This document shows, one piece after another, positions 19,009 to 29,413 of a DNA stretch of 64,000 nt. Positions within the stretch are counted from its first letter, which is position 1; each line of letters begins with the position of its first letter. Below the pieces are notes generated by a model that worked only from the letters and a program-made list of their open reading frames with translations, made no database searches and had not been told where the DNA came from. Both the position numbers and the translations under genes were made by a program. Source of the DNA: Clostridia bacterium (GTDB lineage Bacteria > Bacillota > Clostridia > UMGS1883 > UMGS1540); assembly GCA_045533905.1 (NCBI GenBank), contig JAZSIR010000012.1, positions 1-64,000 on the forward strand, written 5' to 3'.

Positions 19009-19956
19009 ATGCTTTATATAGAAAGTCCGCATACAGACCCCACATGGAATCTGGCACTGGAAGAGCATCTCTTTTTTGGAAAAACCGAAGAAATTTTTAT
19101 GCTCTGGCAAAACAGTCCTTCCATCATTATCGGTAAAAACCAAAACGCTATGGCGGAAGTGGATTATGCGTATGTAACAGACAAAGAACTGCCTGTGGTG
19201 CGCCGACTTTCGGGCGGTGGCGCCGTGTATCACGACCTTGGAAATCTGAATTTCACCTATATTGTAAATCGTGAGGGGTTTGGCGATTATATGGGGTTTA
19301 CAAAGCTCCTGCGCGACTTTCTGGAAACGCTCGGCCTTTCTGCCACAATGTCCGGAAGAAACGATGTTTTGGTAGAAGGGCGAAAAATGTCGGGGAACGC
19401 GCAGTACGCCGAAAAGGGACGCTTGCTGCATCATGGCACCATTCTGATTTCTGCCGATATGTGGCACCTCTCCAAGGCACTTCGACCGGATCCTTTGAAA
19501 ATTCAATCCAAAGGGATAAAATCTGTGCAAAACCGCGTTGTAAATCTGGCGGAACTTCTGGATATAGACGCCGATGCATTCCGCAAGAAGTTTGCGGCTT
19601 TTGCGATGGAAAAAGAAAAGATGACGCCGTACACACTTTCTGCAGAAGATAAATTGGCGGCGGCGAAACTGCAAAAGGAAAAGTATGGTACCTTTTCTTG
19701 GAACTTTGGATATTCGCCGAAATATACGTTTCATAAAAAAGAAAGATTTTCCGGCGGCACGGTGGAGGTGTATCTCGATATTCGGGACGGGGAGATACAA
19801 GATGCCAAAATTTATGGCGATTTTCTTGCCGACTCGACGCCACTTTCTGGAAAGCTTCGCGGAAAAATACATTCCGAGGCGGTGCTTCGCGAGGTGCTTT
19901 CGGGTGAAAGCCTCGGGCAAATTCGGGAAGAAGAACTCCTTTCTTGCTTTTTATAA
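19009..19956 (+). CDS. lplA: Lipoate-protein ligase A
   Basis: RRLSGGGAVYHD, GRND, KMSGNAQ, HHGT. Confidence 0.95.
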   Translation: MLYIESPHTDPTWNLALEEHLFFGKTEEIFMLWQNSPSIIIGKNQNAMAEVDYAYVTDKELPVVRRLSGGGAVYHDLGNLNFTYIVNREGFGDYMGFTKLLRDFLETLGLSATMSGRNDVLVEGRKMSGNAQYAEKGRLLHHGTILISADMWHLSKALRPDPLKIQSKGIKSVQNRVVNLAELLDIDADAFRKKFAAFAMEKEKMTPYTLSAEDKLAAAKLQKEKYGTFSWNFGYSPKYTFHKKERFSGGTVEVYLDIRDGEIQDAKIYGDFLADSTPLSGKLRGKIHSEAVLREVLSGESLGQIREEELLSCFL

Positions 19957-19993
19957 AACTATGTGAAAAAAATAAAAAAATCGCAAAAAACTC

Positions 19994-20022
19994 TTGCTTT
20001 TTACTAAAAGCTATGCTATAAT
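19994..20022 (+). promoter_or_regulatory. Sigma-A promoter of the tRNA pair
   Basis: TTGCTT-N17-TATAAT with TG. Confidence 0.7.
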
Positions 20023-20039
20023 AGCTTTTGCTTGGTTGC

Positions 20040-20116
20040 GGAGGCATAGCTCAGCTGGTTAGAGTACTTGCTTGACATGCAAGGGGTCACTGGTTCAATT
20101 CCAGTTGTCTCCACCA
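20040..20116 (+). tRNA. tRNA-Val(GAC)
   Basis: GGAGGCA/TGTCTCC acceptor stem, anticodon arm CTTGC-TTGACAT-GCAAG, encoded CCA. Confidence 0.97.
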
Positions 20117-20121
20117 CATAT

Positions 20122-20208
20122 GCGGATATGGCGGAATTGGCAGACGCGCATGGTTCAGGTCCATGTGAAAGCAATTTCATGGAGGTTCAAGTCCTCTTAT
20201 CCGCACCA
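20122..20208 (+). tRNA. tRNA-Leu(CAG)
   Basis: GCGGATA/TATCCGC stem, CATGG-TTCAGGT-CCATG, long variable arm, CCA. Confidence 0.97.
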
Positions 20209-20245
20209 AAAAAAGACAGTAATCTTTTGATTGCTGTCTTTTTTT
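20209..20245 (+). terminator. Rho-independent terminator after the tRNAs
   Basis: AAAAGACAGTAATC..GATTGCTGTCTTTTTTT. Confidence 0.85.
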
Positions 20246-20305
20246 GATGACCTTACCAAACGAGGCACCAGAAAAGCAAAGAAATTATTTTCTGGAAGAA
20301 AAGGC

Positions 20306-20334
20306 TTGACTTACACTATTGCTTATGCTATAAT
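20306..20334 (+). promoter_or_regulatory. Sigma-A promoter
   Basis: TTGACT-N17-TATAAT with TG. Confidence 0.75.
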
Positions 20335-20395
20335 TATAGAGTATAATGGGGGAAATTCGGGAAATGTAATAAAAGGATAGAAATGGAGGATAATC

Positions 20396-22084
20396 ATGTC
20401 GATAAATTCACAGGCTATTATGCAACTTATTCAGAGCCTCATCTGGCTTCTTGCAGGCGTTGGCGTTTTTATTGTCGGAATGAATTTTATGGGAGATGCC
20501 CTAGAACGAAGTGCCGGCACCGGAATGAAACGGTTGCTTGAAAGAATAAGCAATAACAGATTTTCCGGCGTTGGTATTGGCGCCGGTGTGACAGCGATTA
20601 TTCAGAGCTCGTCAGCGACTTCGGTAATGGTTATAGGTCTTGTTAATGCAGGGGTTATGACTCTTATGCAAGCAACTCCCATAGTCATGGGTGCAAACAT
20701 CGGAACAACCATTACAGGCGTTCTGGTCGCTCTTAAAAATGATTATTTTGATATGGCAATGTACATTCTCGCTTTTGCTGGCGTAATGATGGGATTTGCT
20801 CAAAAAGAAAAGGTTAAGATTGCCGGCAGTCTTTGTTGCGGCTTAGGATTAATTTTTGTTGGTCTGAATATTATGAGCAGCGAACAGGCATTTGGAAATC
20901 CTCTTGTTGAAAATATGTTCACTGAAATTTTCAAAAGGATTAATTTTCCGCTTCTTCTGATATTGGTGGGTGTTATCTTTACTGCACTCATACAGAGTTC
21001 TTCTGCTTCTACCGGTGTTGTTATTACAATGGTTGGCACCGGCGTACTTCCGCTTGAACTTGCCCTGTTCATTGTTCTTGGTGCAAACATAGGCACATGT
21101 GTAACAGCACTTCTTGCATCTGTTGGTGCAAATGCTAACTCTAAAAGGGTTGCCCTCATTCACTTTACCTTTAATGTGATAGGAACGGTGTTTTTCGCTG
21201 CAATCATTTGGTTGTTCAAAGAACCGGTCGTTACATTATTAGTGTCTATTTTCCCGGGCAGCGACCCGATGTCGCTTCAAATGAGAGTTTCTCTTTTCCA
21301 TGTTATATTTAATACAACTACCACTTGCATGTTGCTTCCGTTTGTAAAACAACTTGTGGAGTATTCGTGTTTGATAATCAAAGAAAAGCAAGATACCAAG
21401 GAGACGTTATCTCTTAAATATGTCGATGAAAGACTTCTTTCTACACCTTCCGTTGCATTGATGCAAGTTAAAAAAGAAATTGATTATATGATTTCTTTGG
21501 CAGAAGAAAACACTCGTCTAAGCTTTATAGCAATGGAAACAGGGTCTGCTGAGCATAATGACTTAATTTGTAAAAACGAAAGAATCATTGACTTTATAAA
21601 TAGTAAGTTAACCGGATTTTTAATTAAGTTATCCGCGGCAGTTGATGAAAGAGACGAAAAAATAATTGGTTCGTATTTTCATGTTTTGAATGACCTCGAA
21701 CGTATTGGCGACCATGCTGAGAATTTTAACGAAATTGGTATTGAAATGATGAATAGGAATATTGCATTCTCTGAACACGCGCTTGAGGTGATAACAACAA
21801 TGCGTGAGACAGTAATGCAAATGTTTGCAATAGCAATGCGCACCTTTGAAACGCTCAGCAAAGAAAAGTTATCCGACCTGACACAATTAGAGAATCGTGT
21901 TGACGGTATGAAAAAAGAACTCATTGCCGGCCATTTTGCGAGACTTGCCGAAGGGAATTGCCGTATAGATGTAAGCCCCTATTTTTCATCTGTTATTATG
22001 GGTCTTGAAAGAGTTGCTGACCATCTTGTCAATGTTGGTTACAGTATTGTTAACCCTACCGGTTCGCAAAAAGAAGAGATTTGA
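20396..22084 (+). CDS. Na/Pi cotransporter family protein with C-terminal PhoU-like domains
   Basis: Duplicated QSSSA..GANIGT repeats; DLERIGDHA and LERVADH. Confidence 0.93.
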   Translation: MSINSQAIMQLIQSLIWLLAGVGVFIVGMNFMGDALERSAGTGMKRLLERISNNRFSGVGIGAGVTAIIQSSSATSVMVIGLVNAGVMTLMQATPIVMGANIGTTITGVLVALKNDYFDMAMYILAFAGVMMGFAQKEKVKIAGSLCCGLGLIFVGLNIMSSEQAFGNPLVENMFTEIFKRINFPLLLILVGVIFTALIQSSSASTGVVITMVGTGVLPLELALFIVLGANIGTCVTALLASVGANANSKRVALIHFTFNVIGTVFFAAIIWLFKEPVVTLLVSIFPGSDPMSLQMRVSLFHVIFNTTTTCMLLPFVKQLVEYSCLIIKEKQDTKETLSLKYVDERLLSTPSVALMQVKKEIDYMISLAEENTRLSFIAMETGSAEHNDLICKNERIIDFINSKLTGFLIKLSAAVDERDEKIIGSYFHVLNDLERIGDHAENFNEIGIEMMNRNIAFSEHALEVITTMRETVMQMFAIAMRTFETLSKEKLSDLTQLENRVDGMKKELIAGHFARLAEGNCRIDVSPYFSSVIMGLERVADHLVNVGYSIVNPTGSQKEEI

Positions 22085-22481
22085 AATTTGCTGTGCCGCG
22101 TTTGTGTAAATGCTTTAAATTTGGCACAAATGAAAAAATCTTTGTATAACGAAAACCACGCAATAGTCGCGTGGCTCCATAAAGGTTTACCCGTGAAACA
22201 ATCCTCCCGGGGGAAAAAACAAAGGCGATAAAAACATATATTGCAGAACAATTAACAAGAGATAAAAAAACAGACCAGATTGCAATGTTTGACCCGCGGG
22301 ACCAATGGTAACAAGCAACAGATACGTGGCCGGCAGGCCAATAAAAAGCGCACCTGTGCGCAGTCGGTAAAGAGTAGGGATTTGCCCGAAAATGAAATAT
22401 CCCCCCGTTTGACGGGGGGATATTTATTATATAGCGCACCGCATAAATGGGAAAAGCATATACTTTTACAGAGGTGGTGCG

Positions 22482-23168
22482 ATGCAGAAAAAAAGAAGGC
22501 GGAAGCCGCGTCACAATCGGTTTGCGCTCTTTCTGTCCGCTATGCTTTTTATAAGCATTTTGTGTTTTATAGTCTATGAAATGAAAATCCGCCCTGTCAT
22601 CTGCCGCGTGGCCGCCGCACAGGCACAAAGCGTTGCGGTCAGCGTGATAAACGACGAAATCAACAGCGTAATCGCGCTTGAAGGCGTAGAATACACAAAC
22701 TTTGCCACGCTTGAAAAAGATGAGGCAGGGCGCATTTCGGCCATCACAACCGATATGGCCGGCATCAGCCGGCTGAAGGCTACGTTCGCCCAATATGTGC
22801 AGGGAAAACTGCGTGAAATTGATAAAATGACATTGCGCATTCCACTCGGCACGCTTTTCTCAAACGGGTTCATTTCAGGTTACGGTCCCAGAGTGCCCAT
22901 TCGCATAACATCTGTCGGCCGAGCGCTTGTGGATATTGAGGATAGCTTTGAAACGGCGGGCATAAACCAGACGCGGCACGAGATTCATCTTCTTGTTACC
23001 GCGCGCCTGAGCGTAATTTTGCCGGGTGGCACGGAAACTGTGGAAATACATACGAAAATTCCGATTGCACAATCGGTTGTTGTGGGCGAGGTGCCGCAGA
23101 GCGTCACAAGCGTCACGGGTGTCAACGGCGAACCGCAGGACAATGTTCTGAACCTTCTGGGTGAATAA
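22482..23168 (+). CDS. yunB: Sporulation protein YunB
   Basis: IPLG..GPRVPIR, FETAGINQTRHEI, VVGEVP. Confidence 0.9.
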   Translation: MQKKRRRKPRHNRFALFLSAMLFISILCFIVYEMKIRPVICRVAAAQAQSVAVSVINDEINSVIALEGVEYTNFATLEKDEAGRISAITTDMAGISRLKATFAQYVQGKLREIDKMTLRIPLGTLFSNGFISGYGPRVPIRITSVGRALVDIEDSFETAGINQTRHEIHLLVTARLSVILPGGTETVEIHTKIPIAQSVVVGEVPQSVTSVTGVNGEPQDNVLNLLGE

Positions 23169-23200
23169 AAAAACCGACCTATATAGGTCGGTTTTTTATT
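23164..23200. terminator. Bidirectional terminator
   Basis: AATAAAAAAACCGACCTATATAGGTCGGTTTTTTATT between convergent genes. Confidence 0.85.
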
Positions 23201-24555
23201 CACCCTTTAGGGTTTCGCACGAGTGCATTCAGCTTTTCGGAAAGCGCAGAGAGCTTTGTTTTCTTAATATAGAATGTACTTTCTCCGTTTTCAAATACAG
23301 CATAGTTAAAATCGTCGTACGGATAGTAGGCGATTGTCACGGCGCTTCCGTCTGTCAGCGTATAGACAATAGTTCCCGAAGGGGAGGCACTTGCGGTGTA
23401 GGCGGAATCAATCATTCCGTCTACGGAAAGCGCAGAGAGCTCCACATATATTGCCTTGAAAGGATCTTCAGCGGCTTCCTTGTTATTTATAAAGAAATGC
23501 ATATTTTCGCCTTCGTGCTTGACATCCAGCTTGCAGGAGACAGCAGGAAGGTGGATGTCAATAGAAGAAACAGTGTCAATCGCGATAAGATTCGTCATCT
23601 TCTCCAGAATATCAAAGGGAGTGACAGTCATAAAGGAAAGTGGTGCCTTTCCCATATAATATACGGTCGAGGAATCTTCCGGCATAATGTAAGTGCCTGC
23701 GGCCGTTTGGCCTACAGAAAAACGAATGGTTTCCGATTCTGTTGTAATTTCCACTCGGTCTCCCGAAAAGCCAAACGCCGAAAGTGTTTCAGGGTGATCG
23801 GCGGCAATATCGGTAGCCACTAACGAGGAAAGAGGCGTGAGTAATTTTTCCTGTACAAGCGAATTCTCCGCATCCCGATGGAGCGGAGACTCCATCTTCC
23901 AGGTAGAAACGGCGCCGGGATAGGCCCCTTCAGGCGGTGCAACATAGACGATGCGAAGAGGCTTATTTTCCTTCGTAATCGTAATGGAACGAATATCTGT
24001 GGTATTGAGTGCCGTGATCGTCATAAAACGGAAAGAAGAAAGGGGACTTAAAAAGAGGCTGCCTGCCGAAACAGACACAGTATATACTGCACCGGTGTCG
24101 CCGACAGATGCATAGTATCCGTCTCCTGCAGGGGTGGGGTTACCTATCTTGAAGGAAACATTCTCGCCGGAATCCAAAAACAGAGTAACCGTAGAAATGG
24201 GATCTTCTAATCCGTAATCATCCATATCTTCCGCACTTTCTGTAATCAGAGCATTTGCGGAGAAGGTGGCACTGCTGAAGGCGAGGGAATCCACTCGCGC
24301 TTCATCCACAGAAACGGAAGGCTTGCCTTTGATAAACCAATGCGCATCATCCCGCAGAAAGGCATACGTATCCGCGCGGTTTTCAATGCTGATTTCCGTG
24401 ATGTGCGCGGGATCAACGGAAAGAAGCTGAATGGTCGGAACGGGTGTGGCCGTCGGTGCGGGAGAAGCGGGATCATACGTATTGATAAAGAGGTAGAACC
24501 CGATTAAAAGAGCAAAAACGAGCACAAATGCCGGAATTGTTTTACCTTTTCTCAC
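23200..24555 (-). CDS. DUF4340 domain-containing protein
   Basis: N-terminal TM; YGLEDP..IGNPTP..YY motif; position after a GldG-like gene. Confidence 0.75.
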   Translation of the reverse strand: MRKGKTIPAFVLVFALLIGFYLFINTYDPASPAPTATPVPTIQLLSVDPAHITEISIENRADTYAFLRDDAHWFIKGKPSVSVDEARVDSLAFSSATFSANALITESAEDMDDYGLEDPISTVTLFLDSGENVSFKIGNPTPAGDGYYASVGDTGAVYTVSVSAGSLFLSPLSSFRFMTITALNTTDIRSITITKENKPLRIVYVAPPEGAYPGAVSTWKMESPLHRDAENSLVQEKLLTPLSSLVATDIAADHPETLSAFGFSGDRVEITTESETIRFSVGQTAAGTYIMPEDSSTVYYMGKAPLSFMTVTPFDILEKMTNLIAIDTVSSIDIHLPAVSCKLDVKHEGENMHFFINNKEAAEDPFKAIYVELSALSVDGMIDSAYTASASPSGTIVYTLTDGSAVTIAYYPYDDFNYAVFENGESTFYIKKTKLSALSEKLNALVRNPKG

Positions 24556-25952
24556 AGATGCCGCCTCCTTCTGAAGATGATAACGCCCAGCACAAAGCAG
24601 AAAAGCGGCGGCAGGATGCAGACGGCAATGATGTAGAACACCGTAAGCCCGTCGCTTATAAGAAGCGAGCGCGTGAGGAGACTCTTTGGCGAAATAGAGA
24701 GCGCAGAAATGTCTTCAAAGGTTACATACTGTGCCGTTCTGAAAAGAAGCGAGCGGTTTGCAAGAGAGCCTTCTGCTGTAAAGAAGGAATCATAGAGCTG
24801 GTATGAACCGGAGACAACAAGGCGCGATTCCACAGAGCCGTCCATTGTCTTTTTGGAAAGGGCAACGGAGAGAGGGAGAACGCCTTCGCGGATGTTTTCT
24901 GTTACATTTCTGTCAGAACCGTGCACGGAAAAGGCCGATTTTGTGGTCTGTGCCAGAATTTGCGGCGTTACATATTCAGCCTCTTCCACGGATAAGCTTC
25001 TGGCGTACATAAACACCGTACGCTGATTTCCGAGGCGGATATCCTCCGTAATCGGATGCTCTAAAAGATCGGGGACGAACATATAACTGTAATTTAGCGT
25101 ACGGGAAGAATCACCTTCACAAACGAGGTCGTGATACATCGTAACACCCCAGAACGCTTTGAGGTATTCTTCAAGACGGGGGAGCGCTTTCCGCCTTGCA
25201 TCAAATGCAATATGCGCGCCCTTGCCCTTCGCGAGAAAAGCATCCAGACGAAGAAGCTCTTCTTTCGTGAAATCTTCTGCAGGGGCCATAATATATACAG
25301 CATCCACAGTATCCGGAATATCGTCTGTTTTAAGGTCAATCTGATAGGTGGCTATATTTTCGCTTTGGAGTTCTTTGAGAACGCCGGAATAGTCAATCTC
25401 ATTATGCCCGACCGTAAAGCATACATTTTTTGTGACGTCCGTAGCCACATAGGCCACAGCGCGTGTGATAAGCTGCTCAAGGCCAAAAAAGGCTCCATCC
25501 AGTGTCTGGCCGGACTGTGTAGTATATCCGGAATACATTTCAGAAGGGGAGATGGCACGGAACCGCGTGCCTCTTTCTAAAACGATTGTATTTTGCTGAA
25601 TAGCAATCCCTTTGTCCGTAAAGCGGCGTGCCGCAATCGGGTCGGCATTCGGGTCACATTGCACGATGGAAAGCTTGTCGCTTCCCGTGCGGTACATATC
25701 AAGCGTGCGAACAATTTTTTCCTGTTCATGACCGGGCGAAGCAAAATAGTAAAGCGTGACTTCTTCTTTGAGGGAAGATAAAACGGCTTTCGTTTCGTCT
25801 GTCAGGGCGTAAAGCTTGTTTTCTGTCAAATCCCACCGGAGCGGAAGCTTATCCGCGGCAAGACCGATAATGATATTAAAAAAGATGATTGCCGCAAGAG
25901 TAAGCGCAAAAACTGCGGCGGTAGAAAGGGTGCGCTTTGTTTTGTCCTTCAT
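24552..25952 (-). CDS. GldG-family ABC transporter auxiliary component
   Basis: WDLTENKLYAL, FTVGHNE, APAEDF, C-terminal TM followed by RRRR. Confidence 0.85.
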   Translation of the reverse strand: MKDKTKRTLSTAAVFALTLAAIIFFNIIIGLAADKLPLRWDLTENKLYALTDETKAVLSSLKEEVTLYYFASPGHEQEKIVRTLDMYRTGSDKLSIVQCDPNADPIAARRFTDKGIAIQQNTIVLERGTRFRAISPSEMYSGYTTQSGQTLDGAFFGLEQLITRAVAYVATDVTKNVCFTVGHNEIDYSGVLKELQSENIATYQIDLKTDDIPDTVDAVYIMAPAEDFTKEELLRLDAFLAKGKGAHIAFDARRKALPRLEEYLKAFWGVTMYHDLVCEGDSSRTLNYSYMFVPDLLEHPITEDIRLGNQRTVFMYARSLSVEEAEYVTPQILAQTTKSAFSVHGSDRNVTENIREGVLPLSVALSKKTMDGSVESRLVVSGSYQLYDSFFTAEGSLANRSLLFRTAQYVTFEDISALSISPKSLLTRSLLISDGLTVFYIIAVCILPPLFCFVLGVIIFRRRRHL

Positions 25953-25966
25953 AAAAATCCCCCTTT

Positions 25967-26671
25967 CTAATTCCAACGGCGCGTGTCCACTACACGTACG
26001 GTAGCGAGCAAAAATACGGCCGTAAAGCTTATGTAGTAGATAATAGCCGGCAGGCTTAAAATACCGAGGTCAAACTCGGCATACCATTTTGTAATACTGA
26101 GGCAGTTTAAGACCGCAATCAGAATCGGGCTGTGGATAGCGGTTCTCGACATTTCAAGGCCATACAAAAGAAGCAGTACGGCAAACGTTGCAATCGCAGC
26201 AGATGCCTGATTCTGCGTAAGGGACGAAACAAAGAGACCCACAGAAATAAACGAGCAACCAAGTAGTGCAAACCCGAGATAATTACAAAAAAGAGTCGGG
26301 TACGAAGGCTCACCGTGAATGCCAATGATAAAAAGGTATAAAAGCGTAAGCGCCAGTGTCAGAAGAAAAATGGCTGCTGCCGCCGCAAATTTGCCAAGGA
26401 CAATATCCCAGACCGAAATGGGAGAGGTGAGGAGAAGCTGATCGGTGCGGCTGTTTCGCTCTTCACTCAAAAGACGCATAGTCAGAACGGGAATGAGAAA
26501 CAGAAACATAATCAGCATGCCGGAGAGTACATAGCCGAGATTCGGAGATTTTGCAAGAAGGTTGGAAACGGCAAAGAGATACCCCGAAACGGCCAGGAAC
26601 ATACCGATGTAGATGTAGCCTACGGGCGTCTGAAAATACGCGCGCAGTTCGCGATTGAAAATTGCTTTCAT
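25967..26671 (-). CDS. ABC-2 permease (GldF-like)
   Basis: RELRAYFQTP, LTMRLLSEER, LLLTSP, VLGKF. Confidence 0.9.
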   Translation of the reverse strand: MKAIFNRELRAYFQTPVGYIYIGMFLAVSGYLFAVSNLLAKSPNLGYVLSGMLIMFLFLIPVLTMRLLSEERNSRTDQLLLTSPISVWDIVLGKFAAAAAIFLLTLALTLLYLFIIGIHGEPSYPTLFCNYLGFALLGCSFISVGLFVSSLTQNQASAAIATFAVLLLLYGLEMSRTAIHSPILIAVLNCLSITKWYAEFDLGILSLPAIIYYISFTAVFLLATVRVVDTRRWN

Positions 26672-27597
26672 CGTTTGCCCTCCTCTCGTGCACCGGCAAC
26701 TGTTTTGAGAAATACTTCCTCAAGCGTCGGCGTTGCTTTTTTGAAAAGCAAAAGCGGAATATTTTTCTCGGAAAGCGCCAGAGAAAGCATGGGACGGATG
26801 TCCGATTCACACTCTACTGTAAAGAGAGAAGAAGTGTCTGTCTCTTCCAGAAGATCTGCGCTTTTTACGCCGCGTACCGAAAGAAGCGCCGCACGGGCAG
26901 CTTCCGGTTCGCTGCCGAGCTCGGCAGTATAGCGGTGTTCGCCCTCGCCGCCCATTTCTTCGCGGGAGCCGCTGGCAATGAGTTTACCGCCGTTTATAAT
27001 CAGCATACGTGTGCAGATGGCGCTGGCTTCCGAAAGGATGTGTGTGCTGATAATAGTCGTTTTGCGGAGCGAAAGAATAACATTCCGGAATTCTATAATT
27101 TGTGTCGGGTCAAGGCCAATGGTAGGCTCGTCCAAAATCAGTACGGGCGGGTCGCCGACGAGTGCAGCGGCAAGCCCTGCGCGCTGGCGGTAGCCCTTTG
27201 AAAGATTCCTGAGAAGACGACCGCCTACATGGGAAAGCGAGGTGAGCACCTTGATTTCATCAAGATGCTTCTTTTTTGGCTGGATTGCGCCTTTGAGGTT
27301 GTAGACAAAATCCAGATATTCGTCAAGCGTCATATCGAGATATAAGGGCGGAAGCTCGGGCAGATAGCCGATACGCTTTTTTGCTTCCATCGGGTTTTCC
27401 AGAATATCGTAGCCGTCGATTTTGATTGTGCCGCTTGTCGAGGATATATACCCTGTGAGCATATTCATTGTTGTCGATTTTCCGGCACCGTTCGGACCGA
27501 GAAAACCGATGATTTCACCGGGCGCAATCGAAAAGCTGATATCATCTACAACACGTTTTGTACCATACTGTTTCGAAAGATGTGAAACTTCTATCAT
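26668..27597 (-). CDS. ABC transporter ATP-binding protein (GldA-like)
   Basis: GPNGAGKST, LSKGYRQR, LDEPT; GGAGG RBS. Confidence 0.92.
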   Translation of the reverse strand: MIEVSHLSKQYGTKRVVDDISFSIAPGEIIGFLGPNGAGKSTTMNMLTGYISSTSGTIKIDGYDILENPMEAKKRIGYLPELPPLYLDMTLDEYLDFVYNLKGAIQPKKKHLDEIKVLTSLSHVGGRLLRNLSKGYRQRAGLAAALVGDPPVLILDEPTIGLDPTQIIEFRNVILSLRKTTIISTHILSEASAICTRMLIINGGKLIASGSREEMGGEGEHRYTAELGSEPEAARAALLSVRGVKSADLLEETDTSSLFTVECESDIRPMLSLALSEKNIPLLLFKKATPTLEEVFLKTVAGAREEGKR

Positions 27598-27637
27598 AAC
27601 TTGGTGCCTCCTGTGTGCGGGCGCCGCCCGCAGGTGA

Positions 27638-29401
27638 TTACTCCGTTTTGGTAATGGCGATGCAAAGCTCTTCAAGCTGTTTGGTGTCAACGGGCGAAGG
27701 TGCCGCCGTCATAAGCTCGGAGGCATTTTGTACCTTCGGGAAGGCAATAACATCGCGGATAGAACTGCAGCCGCAAAGGAGCATTACGAGACGGTCAAGA
27801 CCGTAGGCAAGGCCGCCGTGCGGCGGTGTGCCAAAGCGGAAGGCTTCTAAGAGGTGACCGAAGCGTTCTTCGGCTTCTTCCTGCGACATACCGATAGCGC
27901 GGAACATTTTGGCCTGCAGGTCGCTGCGGTGAATACGGATGCTGCCGCCGCCGACTTCCACACCGTTTAATACAATGTCATATGCCTTTGCAAGTACCTT
28001 ATCCGGCTGGGTTTCGAGAAGAGCCTCGTCTTCGTCACGCGGGCAGGTGAAGGGATGGTGCATTGCAGTATAGCGGTTTTCTTCCTCGTTGTACTCGAGA
28101 AGCGGGAAGTCTGTAACCCAGAGGAAGTTCCACTTGTTTTCGTCAATGATCTCAAGCTTTTTGGCGATGTGCACGCGGAGATTGCCGAGTGCATCAAAGA
28201 CGACTGCGTTCTTGTCGGCAACGATTAAAACAAGGTCGCCGTTTTCAGCCTCTGCCGCCTTTAAGATGGCTTCCATTTCCGCATCCGCAAAGAATTTGGC
28301 AATGGGGCTCTTGATGGTTTCGCCAAGGCTGATCCAGGCAAGACCCTTTGCACGGTAGGTTTTTACATATTCGCCAAGCGCATCGATTTCGCGGCGGGAA
28401 AGAGAGGCACCACCTTTTACGGTGATGGCGCGTACACTGCCGCCGGCTTCAATTGCAGAAGTGAAGACGGAAAAACTGCATCCGCGCACTACATCGGTAA
28501 GGTCACAAAGCTCCATACCAAAACGGGTATCCGGCTTATCGGAACCGAAACGGCGCATCGCTTCGCTGTACGGAAGACGCGGCAGGGGAAGCTGGATATC
28601 CACACCGCGGATTTCTTTCATAAGACGGGCAATGTAGCCTTCGTTTACGGCGATAACATCGTCTACATCCACGAAGGACATTTCAAGGTCAATCTGTGTA
28701 AATTCCGGCTGACGGTCGGCACGAAGGTCCTCGTCGCGGAAACACTTTACAATCTGGAAATAGCGGTCCATACCGGAAACCATCAGAAGCTGCTTGTACT
28801 GCTGGGGCGACTGCGGAAGCGCATAGAAACTGCCGGGGTGCACACGGCTCGGCACGAGATAGTCTCTTGCACCTTCGGGCGTGCTCTTTGTAAGCATCGG
28901 CGTTTCAATTTCCCAGAAACCGTTTTCTGCAAAATACTGTCTCGTTAAAAAGGCAACCTTATGGCGCACTTCAAGCGGATGCATAACGCTCCCTCGGCGA
29001 AGGTCCAGATAGCGGTACTTAAGGCGCATTTCGTCATTTACCTTTGTCTGTTCGGAAACAACGAAGGGAGGGGTATCTGCTTTCGAAAGAATGTTGATTG
29101 CAGAAACTTCAATTTCGATTTCGCCTGTTTTCATATTCGGGTTTGTCATACCCTCCGCGCGCGGGGAAACTTTACCCACTGCTTCAATTACATATTCCTG
29201 ATGGAGCTGTTGCCCAACGGCATAGATTTCGGGGCTGTCCGCGTTCATAACGAGCTGCAGAATGCCGCTGCGGTCACGAAGATCCACAAAAACCAGATGG
29301 CCAAGGTCGCGCACCTTGCCGACCCAACCCATAACGGTTACGGTTTCGCCGATGTTTGCGGCAGAAAGTTCAGTACATCTGTGTGTTCTTTTGAATTCCA
29401 T
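27638..29401 (-). CDS. aspS: Aspartate-tRNA ligase
   Basis: YRYLDLRR, TPEGARDY, FRDEDLRADRQPEF, PPHGG. Confidence 0.98.
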   Translation of the reverse strand: MEFKRTHRCTELSAANIGETVTVMGWVGKVRDLGHLVFVDLRDRSGILQLVMNADSPEIYAVGQQLHQEYVIEAVGKVSPRAEGMTNPNMKTGEIEIEVSAINILSKADTPPFVVSEQTKVNDEMRLKYRYLDLRRGSVMHPLEVRHKVAFLTRQYFAENGFWEIETPMLTKSTPEGARDYLVPSRVHPGSFYALPQSPQQYKQLLMVSGMDRYFQIVKCFRDEDLRADRQPEFTQIDLEMSFVDVDDVIAVNEGYIARLMKEIRGVDIQLPLPRLPYSEAMRRFGSDKPDTRFGMELCDLTDVVRGCSFSVFTSAIEAGGSVRAITVKGGASLSRREIDALGEYVKTYRAKGLAWISLGETIKSPIAKFFADAEMEAILKAAEAENGDLVLIVADKNAVVFDALGNLRVHIAKKLEIIDENKWNFLWVTDFPLLEYNEEENRYTAMHHPFTCPRDEDEALLETQPDKVLAKAYDIVLNGVEVGGGSIRIHRSDLQAKMFRAIGMSQEEAEERFGHLLEAFRFGTPPHGGLAYGLDRLVMLLCGCSSIRDVIAFPKVQNASELMTAAPSPVDTKQLEELCIAITKTE

Positions 29402-29413
29402 AGTATTTCCTCC

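Noticed and set aside
22056-22793. ORFs across the Na/Pi-yunB gap, including a hydrophobic minus-strand frame near 22185-22400
   Set aside because: No convincing start or RBS, partial overlap with yunB and no recognisable family.
27638-29401. Calling AspRS discriminating or non-discriminating
   Set aside because: The diagnostic positions look mixed by eye (RDLG but EG loop); this needs an alignment and the gatCAB/asnS inventory.
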